Shown here: in pieces, positions 49,173 to 57,745 of the stretch
Numbering within the stretch: position 1 is the first letter of the stretch
How the letters are laid out: every line of letters begins with the position of its first letter
Virus record (IMG/VR): IMGVR_UViG_3300046387_001332
Reading direction: 5' to 3' (one strand)
DNA length: 64,000 nucleotides
DNA from: a virus
Position numbers and translations under genes: made by a program
The notes under the pieces: model-generated
The model's database searches: none
What the model saw: the letters and a program-made list of their open reading frames with translations, nothing else
What the model was told of the DNA's origin: nothing

Positions 49173-50330
49173 ATGCCATCACGCAGAATAAGAGAAGATC
49201 ACGGTGAGTATAGGGATATCGTCAAGGGAAATGTTGATGATAAACTTAAAAAACACATTAAGAGTGGTCAAAGAATATCACGACGTGGGAAAGATTTCGT
49301 TGTGGTGCGAGTTCCTCATGTAGAACTTCCAAGTTTTCGTTACGGACAACCTGCCGATGGAAGTGGAATCGGCAACGGAGAAGCCGGTGTTGGTGACGAA
49401 GTCGGTGAAGGACCCCAACAACAAGGTAGTGGTCAAGGTGGTCAACCTGGTGAAGGGGGTGAGGGTGAAGGAGATGGTCACGAAATTGATGTCGGAATTA
49501 GCATGGATGCTTATTTTGATATGATAGGAGAAGAACTTCAATTACCAAATCTAAAACCAAAGGATAATGGAGAAATGGTAAAAGAAAAAATCAAATGGAA
49601 TCGTATTGCAAAAGTTGGAAACAATAGTTTGCTTCACAAACGCAAAACTCTGAAAAATGCGTTTAAACGTTTGATTTCTTCCGAAGACTACAATCCTGAA
49701 GATTTATCTAATTTTTATCCTATTAAAGACGACAAAGAATTCAGAAGTTGGAGTTCAGTTGAAGTACCTGATACTAATGCGGCCATATTTTTCGTGTCCG
49801 ACATTTCTGCGAGTATGGACGACGAAAAACGAGGTTTGGTTCGTGAGTTGTGTTGGTACTTAGACAATTGGGTTCGTAGATTTTATCAAGAAACTCAAGT
49901 TAAGTATATTGTTCATGATCACCACGCACAAGAAGTAGATCAAGAAAAGTTCTATAAATATAAAAGTGGTGGTGGTACTCAAATAAGTAGTGCGTTTCAT
50001 TTAGTCAATGATGTAGTAGAAAAAGCATTTCCATTAAACGAGTGGAACATTTATGTATTTTATCTAAGTGACGGAGAAAACTTTGGTTCTGATAATGATT
50101 TATGTGTTGAGTATTTGAAAAAAATGCAAACATATGCAAATTTAATAGGAATTACAGAGGTTAAAGCAATCAGAAGTTGGGCAACATTTATACCAGCAAT
50201 TCAAGCACAATTATCAACTGGTGATCTTGATCCAAAAACAATTGTTACTGCATCAATGGATTCAGCATCCGATGTATTTAAAACACTTCAAAAATTATTA
50301 ACACCTGCTGAAGAGGAGGTACCGTTCTAA
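49173..50330 (+). CDS. yeaH: YeaH/YhbH (DUF444) VWA-domain protein
   Basis: Gly-rich linker, ELQLPNLKPK, MIDAS DISASM, SGGGTQISSA and WNIYVFYLSDGEN. Confidence 0.92.
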   Translation: MPSRRIREDHGEYRDIVKGNVDDKLKKHIKSGQRISRRGKDFVVVRVPHVELPSFRYGQPADGSGIGNGEAGVGDEVGEGPQQQGSGQGGQPGEGGEGEGDGHEIDVGISMDAYFDMIGEELQLPNLKPKDNGEMVKEKIKWNRIAKVGNNSLLHKRKTLKNAFKRLISSEDYNPEDLSNFYPIKDDKEFRSWSSVEVPDTNAAIFFVSDISASMDDEKRGLVRELCWYLDNWVRRFYQETQVKYIVHDHHAQEVDQEKFYKYKSGGGTQISSAFHLVNDVVEKAFPLNEWNIYVFYLSDGENFGSDNDLCVEYLKKMQTYANLIGITEVKAIRSWATFIPAIQAQLSTGDLDPKTIVTASMDSASDVFKTLQKLLTPAEEEVPF

Positions 50331-51895
50331 TGGGAATTGCATGGGAAAGTCATAGTTTAAATGAAGGAGTTTGTCCAGAGTTGGCTGCTCTTATACCTGA
50401 GTGTTTACAGGCTTGTTACGATAATGGACTCGATCCATACCCTTTGTGTATTGAAGAATTTGATGCAGATGAAATAGTTGAGATTGCGGCGTATGGTGGA
50501 TTTCCAGTTCGTTATCCTCATTTTAATTTCGGGCAACAATTTGAACAACTTCATTATCAGTATCATCATGGTATGGGTAAGATTTATGAAATGGTTGTAA
50601 ATACTGATCCAACATATATGTACCTACAACGAAACAATCCTATCGTTGATAATCTAACTGTTGTTGCACACGCAACTGCACATAGTGATTTCTTTAAGAA
50701 CAATATTATGTTCAAGCATACTAATCGTAACATGATGAATGTTATGGCAAATCATAGTGATAAGATTCGTATGTACATGGATAGATTTGGTCGTAAAAAA
50801 GTAAAAGACTTTTTGAATGCGGCTCTTGCTATTGATGATTTAATTGATCCATCACTTTGTTATCGTGAAAGTAATTTAAAGAAAGCAACTAAATTCAACT
50901 TTGAAGATCGTCAACCACGTGAACACGTAACTCGTCTTGATACAAAAGAATATATGGACAAGTATGTGAATCCTTCTCATTATATTGAAAAGCAAAGAAG
51001 GGAACGTGAAGAACGACAAAAGTTAGCAGAAAATAAATTTCCATTGCAACCTGAACGTGATATTATGTTAATGATCATAAATCATTGTCGGTTAGAACCT
51101 TGGCAACAAAACATACTAAGTATGATCCGTGACGAAGCAATTTATTATCGTCCACAGGGAATGACAAAGGTTCTTAACGAAGGTTGGGCAAGTTATTGGG
51201 ATTCTTATATTATGGCAACTTGTAATTTTGCAGGAGACGATGGGATATTTGATTATGCAAAACACCATGCAGGAGTTTTAGGTGGAAAATACAATATGAA
51301 CAATCCATATAAACTCGGAAATACATTGTTGCGTGATATTGAAGACCGTTGGAACAAAGGAAGATTCGGTAAAGAATATGAAATGTGTGACAATGGTGAT
51401 GAAAAAAGATATTGGAATAAGAACTTAAATCTTGGTCGTGAAAAACTTTATGAAGTTCGTGAGAACTATAATGATGTTACATTTCTCAATGAGTTTTTTA
51501 CAAAAGATTTTTGCGAAAAACATGAATACTTTGAATATGCATTAGATAAATCAAAAAACAAGTATGTTGTTGTTAGCAAAGATTACAAAAAGATAAAAGA
51601 AAAACTTATCAATCGTCATATCAATATGGGAAGACCTGTAATTTATATGGAAAATATGAAATATAAGAACACAGAGATTTTATTAAGACACGACTTCGAA
51701 GGCAGACCCTTAGATATTAAGTATGCAACTGGTACAATGGCCTATTTACATGAAATAATGAAGAGACCCATAAATCTGTTAACATACGATGTTGAAGAAG
51801 AAGGATATGGTTCTTCAAAAGAAATTGTTGAAGTTGAAGTCCGTTATCGATACAATAACGGAGAAATGAAAAGATTTGAAGGCAGTAAGATTTAA
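50330..51895 (+). CDS. spoVR: SpoVR/YcgB family protein
   Basis: GFPVRYPHFNFG, KIYEMVVN, VVAHATAHSDFFKNN, TKVLNEGWASYW and NPYKLG. Confidence 0.94.
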   Translation: MGIAWESHSLNEGVCPELAALIPECLQACYDNGLDPYPLCIEEFDADEIVEIAAYGGFPVRYPHFNFGQQFEQLHYQYHHGMGKIYEMVVNTDPTYMYLQRNNPIVDNLTVVAHATAHSDFFKNNIMFKHTNRNMMNVMANHSDKIRMYMDRFGRKKVKDFLNAALAIDDLIDPSLCYRESNLKKATKFNFEDRQPREHVTRLDTKEYMDKYVNPSHYIEKQRREREERQKLAENKFPLQPERDIMLMIINHCRLEPWQQNILSMIRDEAIYYRPQGMTKVLNEGWASYWDSYIMATCNFAGDDGIFDYAKHHAGVLGGKYNMNNPYKLGNTLLRDIEDRWNKGRFGKEYEMCDNGDEKRYWNKNLNLGREKLYEVRENYNDVTFLNEFFTKDFCEKHEYFEYALDKSKNKYVVVSKDYKKIKEKLINRHINMGRPVIYMENMKYKNTEILLRHDFEGRPLDIKYATGTMAYLHEIMKRPINLLTYDVEEEGYGSSKEIVEVEVRYRYNNGEMKRFEGSKI

Positions 51896-51899
51896 GTAA

Positions 51900-52658
51900 G
51901 TGAAACCTTCGGGTAACCAAATTTATCATTGTGATAATTTATCACTTCTAAAAAAATTAGATTCAGAGTCAATCAATTTAATATATTGCGATATATTATA
52001 CGGAACTGGAAAAAAATTTAAGGATTATGACGATCTACAACCAGTTCGTTCCGAAATAGATTCTCATTATATTCCTCGTTTGTACGAAATGAAACGAGTA
52101 CTCTCAAAAACTGGAACAATCTATCTACAAATGGATTTGCGAATTGTGCATTGGATACGGATATTGATGGACAATATATTTGGTTATGAAAATTTTAGAA
52201 ATCAAATTGTAATAAAATTCAATATAGGTGGTCGTGGTAAACGTGAGTTTGCAAAAAAACATGACTATATAATTGTCTATACAAAAACAGATGATTTCGT
52301 ATTTAATGATAAAGATATCCGTGTGCCATATAAATCAGTAGTAAGTAAAAAGCAAGATAGACCTAACATTACACCAGAAAAACTTGCCCTTGGTACAATC
52401 CCAACTAATATATGGGATGACATTCCATCTGGACTTAAAGTAAAAAAGCAAACAGATTATTATTCAGAAAAACATCCAAAGATACTTGAACGAATTATTA
52501 AAGCAAGTAGTAATGAAGGTGATTTGGTTGCTGATTTCTACTGCGGAAGTGGTACAACATTAGATGTTGCTAAGAGTCTAAATCGGTGTTACTTAGGATG
52601 TGACATTAACCCAAATGCAGTCAAAATTTCCAAACAAAGATTGAGCAAAAAAAGTTAA
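51900..52658 (+). CDS. DNA methyltransferase (N6-A/N4-C, beta class) with atypical catalytic motif
   Basis: LIYCDILYGTG at the DPPY position; FRNQI, KHP..LERII and motif I ADFYCGSGTT. Confidence 0.85.
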   Translation: MKPSGNQIYHCDNLSLLKKLDSESINLIYCDILYGTGKKFKDYDDLQPVRSEIDSHYIPRLYEMKRVLSKTGTIYLQMDLRIVHWIRILMDNIFGYENFRNQIVIKFNIGGRGKREFAKKHDYIIVYTKTDDFVFNDKDIRVPYKSVVSKKQDRPNITPEKLALGTIPTNIWDDIPSGLKVKKQTDYYSEKHPKILERIIKASSNEGDLVADFYCGSGTTLDVAKSLNRCYLGCDINPNAVKISKQRLSKKS

Positions 52659-52742
52659 TTTTTTTACCTTGAAATGTGCTTAAAATTCAAGTAAAATATA
52701 TTTATATATAGTAAATAAAACTGATTAAATAATAATTGAAAA

Positions 52743-52973
52743 ATGGATAATGAAAATGAAAAATACGATGCCTACGGCATTCGATTGCAAGTATTAAAAA
52801 GTGCAAAAGAGATGGTATGGGAAGCATGGCACATGGAAAAAGAAGAGTTGGAAAGTCGTGCCACTTTTGAAAATACTCCCCTGGAAATACCACCAATTCC
52901 AACCACACGTGAAGTATTAGAAATTGCTTCTGACTTTTACAATTTCGTTGAAAATGGCGGAAAATCTTCTTAA
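52743..52973 (+). CDS. Small hypothetical phage protein
   Basis: YGIRLQVLKSAKE..PTTREVLEIASDFYNFV; TATTTAT at 52699-52705. Confidence 0.72.
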   Translation: MDNENEKYDAYGIRLQVLKSAKEMVWEAWHMEKEELESRATFENTPLEIPPIPTTREVLEIASDFYNFVENGGKSS

Positions 52974-52988
52974 TTAATATCATTCTGA

Positions 52989-53017
52989 TTGACGAAATTC
53001 AAATTGAGTTGTATTAT
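52989..53017 (+). promoter_or_regulatory. Sigma70-type promoter
   Basis: TTGACG-17nt-TATTAT upstream of the SSB gene. Confidence 0.7.
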
Positions 53018-53059
53018 ATTAAGAATAATAATAACAAATACTAAATTAAGGAATAAAAA

Positions 53060-53896
53060 ATGGCAATTGACCTAGATAAAATCAAAGCAAAATTAAATAA
53101 TTTGTCACAGACAAATAATCGTAAGAATTATCAATGGAAACCTCAACCTGGTAAGCAACAGGTTCGCATCGTACCTTACAAGCATCAACCGGATAATCCT
53201 TTTATCGAGTTGTTTTTCCACTACGGAATCAACAATCGGACTTATCTTTCTCCCAAGTCTTTTGGTCGTCCTGATCCAATTGTGGAGTTTGCAGAAAAGT
53301 TGACTCGCAGTGGAGATAAAGATGATTATCGTATGGGGCGTTCTTTGATGCCAAAGATGAGAACTTTTGTTCCTGTTATCGTTCGTGGTGAAGAAGCAGA
53401 AGGAGTTCGGTTTTGGGGTTTTGGTAAAGAAGTTTATCAAGAACTTCTCGGTGTAATCGCAGACCCCGATTATGGAGACATTACCGATGCAACTAATGGA
53501 AGAGACATTACAATAGAATTTCTTTCAGCAGAAGAAGCCGGAAGATCATTTCCAAAAACAAACATCCGTGTTAAACCCAACACATCCCCAATATCCGAAA
53601 ACAAAAATATTGTTGACGGAGTTGCTAATAATCAAGCAGAAATCACAGAGATTTATCAAGAACTTAGTTACGATGAATTGAAAGATGCTCTTGAAAAATG
53701 GGTTAGTGGTGAATCAGAAGAAGATGCACCTCCACCTGAATCGGTAGATGACCAATCTTCCAATTCCAATAAGCAAGTTGTTGTTGAAGAAACACAAACA
53801 GAAGTCAAGGCAAGTCCGACTTCTGAAAAGAGTAAACCAAATGCAACATCTACTGAAGATGTAGAGGCTGCGTTTGAAGAGTTATTCAAGCAGTAA
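53060..53896 (+). CDS. Single-stranded DNA-binding protein (gp32-like)
   Basis: WKPQPGKQQVRIVP, PFIELFFHY, WGFGKEVY, DITDATNGRDI and an acidic tail ending AFEELF. Confidence 0.85.
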   Translation: MAIDLDKIKAKLNNLSQTNNRKNYQWKPQPGKQQVRIVPYKHQPDNPFIELFFHYGINNRTYLSPKSFGRPDPIVEFAEKLTRSGDKDDYRMGRSLMPKMRTFVPVIVRGEEAEGVRFWGFGKEVYQELLGVIADPDYGDITDATNGRDITIEFLSAEEAGRSFPKTNIRVKPNTSPISENKNIVDGVANNQAEITEIYQELSYDELKDALEKWVSGESEEDAPPPESVDDQSSNSNKQVVVEETQTEVKASPTSEKSKPNATSTEDVEAAFEELFKQ

Positions 53897-53900
53897 TAAT

Positions 53901-53932
53901 AAAGGGTGAGGGGCAAAATCCCTCACCCTTTT
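53901..53932 (+). terminator. Rho-independent terminator after SSB
   Basis: AAAGGGTGAGGG...CCCTCACCCTTTT. Confidence 0.82.
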
Positions 53933-53947
53933 AAACATTTAATTTTT

Positions 53948-55102
53948 ATGGCAAGAAAAAAAGAAGAAAAAACAAAATCAGAAGATTTAGCATCTGTACT
54001 TGCAGAAAGTCTAAACTCTGCGTATAAGGATGAAGGTAAAGTAGCATTCTTTTTAAATGAAGGAGATGATCCTTCTTTAATTTCCGATTGGATTCCAACA
54101 GGTAGTAGTTTACTTGATTTGGCAATTTCAAATCGTCCGAATGGTGGAATTCCAACAGGAAGAATCACAGAACTAACTGGACTTGAACAAAGTGGAAAAA
54201 GTTTAGTATCTGGACACATTCTTGCGGAAACTCAAAAGAAAGGGGGTGTTGCGGTATTAATAGATACCGAGACAAGTGTGTCCGTTGAGTATCTAAAAGC
54301 AATTGGTGTTGATACCGAAAAGTTATTGTATGTCCATGTTGACACGGTAGAAGACATTTTTGCAACGATTGACAACATCATCGCAACTATTCGTAAAAGC
54401 AACAAAGATAAACTTGTAACGATTGTAACAGATAGTGTATCAGCTGCGTCAACTAAAATTGAAATGGCGGCAGATTACGCAAAAGATGGATATGCAACGA
54501 CCAAGGCAATTTTAATTAGTAAGGCAATGCGTAAGTTAACTTCAACAATTGGAAGGCAAAAAATTGCATTGGTATTCACTAACCAACTCCGTCAAAAGAT
54601 GGGAGTTATGTTTGGTGATCCGTGGACAACGAGTGGTGGTAAAGCAATTGCGTTTCACGCAAGTGTTCGTATTCGTTTGAAAAGTATGGGTCAAATTAAA
54701 AAAGGTGCAACCACAGAAGTCATCGGTGGAAAGTGTGAAGCAACTATTGTAAAAAATAGAATGGGTCCTCCACAACGAAAAGCATCGTTTGAAATTTATT
54801 TTAATCGTGGTGTTGATGATGTCGGAAGTTGGATAACAACATTGAAAACATACAAAGTTTTAAAACAAGGTGGTGCGTATTATTCATTTACAGATTCCAA
54901 CGGAAAAGACTATAAGTTTATGGCAAAAGAATTTCCAGAAATGCTAAAGGATGAAAATCTCAAAAAAGAGTTATATCAACATATATGCGATAACATCATA
55001 ATGGAATATGAATCAGCAAACAGTGTAGTAGATGAAGATGTTGAATTCACGGATAATGCAGAAATCGAAGACGCAGAATTAGCATCTGTTTCAAATGAGT
55101 GA
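53948..55102 (+). CDS. recA: RecA/UvsX recombinase
   Basis: IPTGSSLLDLA, GRITELTGLEQSGKS, FTNQLR, TTSGGKAIAFHASVR and VKNRMGPP; ATG at 53948. Confidence 0.93.
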   Translation: MARKKEEKTKSEDLASVLAESLNSAYKDEGKVAFFLNEGDDPSLISDWIPTGSSLLDLAISNRPNGGIPTGRITELTGLEQSGKSLVSGHILAETQKKGGVAVLIDTETSVSVEYLKAIGVDTEKLLYVHVDTVEDIFATIDNIIATIRKSNKDKLVTIVTDSVSAASTKIEMAADYAKDGYATTKAILISKAMRKLTSTIGRQKIALVFTNQLRQKMGVMFGDPWTTSGGKAIAFHASVRIRLKSMGQIKKGATTEVIGGKCEATIVKNRMGPPQRKASFEIYFNRGVDDVGSWITTLKTYKVLKQGGAYYSFTDSNGKDYKFMAKEFPEMLKDENLKKELYQHICDNIIMEYESANSVVDEDVEFTDNAEIEDAELASVSNE

Positions 55103-56174
55103 TAAAAAAAAGATATTTAGTTTATTTCAAGAATTCTCTCAGGAACAAAAAGAAGAACTGGATGTAGACCGGAATATAAATTCTGATACCCTTTTAATTG
55201 ATGGTATGAATACATTTATGCGTGTTTGGAGTATGTATCCAACCACTAACGACAATGGTGATCACATAGGTGGTTACACTGGTTTCCTCAAAAGCATAGG
55301 ACACGCAATTCGTTTACGTAAACCCACACGATGTATTGTTATATTTGATGGAAAGGGTGGAAGTGCAAGAAGACGCAAAATTTTTTCCGACTATAAAATG
55401 AAAAAGAATGTTCGGTTTCGGGTAAATCGTGCATTGAGTTTAGACTTGGATCAAACCGAAGAATCAAGTTCAATGAAGTTTCAGATAGTTAAATTGATAC
55501 AATACTTGAATATGCTTCCTGTTACTACTATATGCATGGATAATGTAGAAGCAGATGACGTTATAGCATTACTTGCTCGTTCTTATTTTAGTGGACTTGG
55601 CAAACAGTGTACTATAATGAGTACCGATAAGGATTTCCTCCAACTTGTAGACGAAGACGTAACGGTTTATAGTCCTACTAAAAGAACGGTTTACACTCCC
55701 GAAAAAGTATCACTTGAATACGGAATACATCCTAATAACTTTTTATTGTACAGAACAATAGATGGAGACCGGGGTGATAATATAGAGGGAATGAAAGGTG
55801 TCGGTGAGAAAAAACTAAAAACTGCATTTCCTGAATTATCAACAGAAGCAAAATTATCAGTTGATGATTTACTAAAAATTTCCGAAGAAAAGAAAAAAGA
55901 AATGCCATTGTATAAAAATTTTCTTAAAGAAGAAAATCAAAGTTTGTTGAAACGAAATTATGATTTGATGCAATTGGTAGATTCTATTCTTCCTGCGAGT
56001 ATGCAGACAAAAATATTCGACCATGTCGATTCACCGGTAACAGAATTAAACAAGTTTGAATTTAGTAAAAAATTTGCCGAAGATCAATTGTGGGCCGCAT
56101 TTCCAAATCACCACACTTGGTTAATGGAAACGTGGACAATTCTGAATAACTATGCGATTTCTTCACAATCGTAA
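55095..56174 (+). CDS. 5'-3' exonuclease / RNase H (FEN family)
   Basis: LLIDGMN, IFDGKG, VEADDVI, STDKDFLQL and GDRGDNIEGMKGVG. Confidence 0.92.
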   Translation: MSDKKKIFSLFQEFSQEQKEELDVDRNINSDTLLIDGMNTFMRVWSMYPTTNDNGDHIGGYTGFLKSIGHAIRLRKPTRCIVIFDGKGGSARRRKIFSDYKMKKNVRFRVNRALSLDLDQTEESSSMKFQIVKLIQYLNMLPVTTICMDNVEADDVIALLARSYFSGLGKQCTIMSTDKDFLQLVDEDVTVYSPTKRTVYTPEKVSLEYGIHPNNFLLYRTIDGDRGDNIEGMKGVGEKKLKTAFPELSTEAKLSVDDLLKISEEKKKEMPLYKNFLKEENQSLLKRNYDLMQLVDSILPASMQTKIFDHVDSPVTELNKFEFSKKFAEDQLWAAFPNHHTWLMETWTILNNYAISSQS

Positions 56175-56230
56175 TTTTTTTAAAAAAAGTCTTGATTGGA
56201 TTCCAATCATTTGATAATCTATTTTAATAT

Positions 56231-57643
56231 ATGACGGAGACAAATAATAATGTAGATACTCTACAAAAGTTCGGTACTGCATTTCAAAGTAAAACCATTC
56301 GTGCTTTAATTGACGATAAAAAGTTCTTGGAAAGAACTCACGATATCATTGAAACTGAATATTGGGAAAGTGAAGCACATAAATGGATTGTAGATGAAAT
56401 TTTAACGCACTACGATAAGTATAAAAGAACAACTACACTTGATGTATTTAAAATTAAGTGTGATGATGTAAACATTGATTCATTAAAGGCCGCAATCGTT
56501 GACCAACTTAGAAGTATATTTACACAAGTTGACACAAATGATGCGGAGTTTGTTAAAAATGAGTTTTTGAACTTTTGTAAAAATCAAAAACTTAAAAATG
56601 CAATTATGCAAAGTGTTGACTTTCTTAAAGGTGGTCAATACGACTCCATTAAACGAATTGTAGATGATGCACTAAAAGCAGGAACAGAACGTGATATTGG
56701 TCACGATTATGCACGTGACATTGATTTAAGAATGTCTGAAACTGCCCGTGATACAATTAATACTGGTTGGGAAGTAATTGATGATTTAACGAATGGTGGA
56801 TTAGGACCCGGAGAACTTGGTGTTATTATCAGTAGTGCGGGGGGTGGTAAAAGTTGGTGTTTAGCATCACTTGGTAAATCAGCAATGCAAAGTGGTAAAA
56901 ATGTATTGCATTATACTTTAGAACTTAATGAGTGTTATGTTGGACTTCGTTATGATAGTTGTTTCACAGGTATCCCTTTCCAAGATATTATGGAACATGA
57001 AGATAAAGTTAAAAGTTTAGTTTCAACTATCAAGGGAAAACTTCTTATTAAAGAATATCCAACAAAAAGTGTGGGAGTTAGTACAATTCTTGCACACGCA
57101 AATTTAGCAAATACAATGGGGTATCCTGTTGATATGGTGGTAATTGATTATGCAGATATTTTATCTCCGGGTAAAGTGTCTAATAATGCAAATACCTATG
57201 TAGAACAAGGTGGTATTTACGAGGACTTACGAGGCCTTGCGGGCGAACTCGGAGTACCTGTATGGACTGCATCTCAAGCAAGTCGTTCGTCATTAGATGA
57301 TAATATTATTGAAGCACAAAAAGTTGCCGATAGTTATCGTAAAATAATGACGGCAGACTTTGTTATGAGTTTGTCGAGAAAAGCAACTGACAAGGTTAGT
57401 AATACAGGAAGATTTCATGTTATCAAAAATCGTTTTGGAGCAGATGGCATGACTTTTCCAAGTAGAGTAGACACATCTTCGGGTGTTATTGAAATATATG
57501 ATGAGCAAAGTACAAAGGGTGCGGAAATAATGGTGGAAATGAATGATTCTGATAATGGAGCAAAGAATCTTTTAAAATCTAAGTACGACCAAATGAACAA
57601 TAAAAATTCATATAATAACGAAGATAGTGTTGATATTGGTTAA
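56231..57643 (+). CDS. Replicative helicase (DnaB/gp41-like)
   Basis: GGLGPGEL, SAGGGKSW, YTLEL, VIDYAD, WTASQ and KNRFG. Confidence 0.92.
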   Translation: MTETNNNVDTLQKFGTAFQSKTIRALIDDKKFLERTHDIIETEYWESEAHKWIVDEILTHYDKYKRTTTLDVFKIKCDDVNIDSLKAAIVDQLRSIFTQVDTNDAEFVKNEFLNFCKNQKLKNAIMQSVDFLKGGQYDSIKRIVDDALKAGTERDIGHDYARDIDLRMSETARDTINTGWEVIDDLTNGGLGPGELGVIISSAGGGKSWCLASLGKSAMQSGKNVLHYTLELNECYVGLRYDSCFTGIPFQDIMEHEDKVKSLVSTIKGKLLIKEYPTKSVGVSTILAHANLANTMGYPVDMVVIDYADILSPGKVSNNANTYVEQGGIYEDLRGLAGELGVPVWTASQASRSSLDDNIIEAQKVADSYRKIMTADFVMSLSRKATDKVSNTGRFHVIKNRFGADGMTFPSRVDTSSGVIEIYDEQSTKGAEIMVEMNDSDNGAKNLLKSKYDQMNNKNSYNNEDSVDIG

Positions 57644-57745
57644 AAAATTCTGTATATATAGTATGTATGTTTACGACAAAAATCGTAAATATATTTATAT
57701 AATTAAATTATAATGATAATATAAAAATCTAACAAAAGGTTACAC

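Noticed and set aside
57645-57700. NrdR box upstream of nrdA
   Set aside because: Only AT-rich TATATATAG and a small TTTACGA/TCGTAAA hairpin are present; the match to the consensus is too weak.
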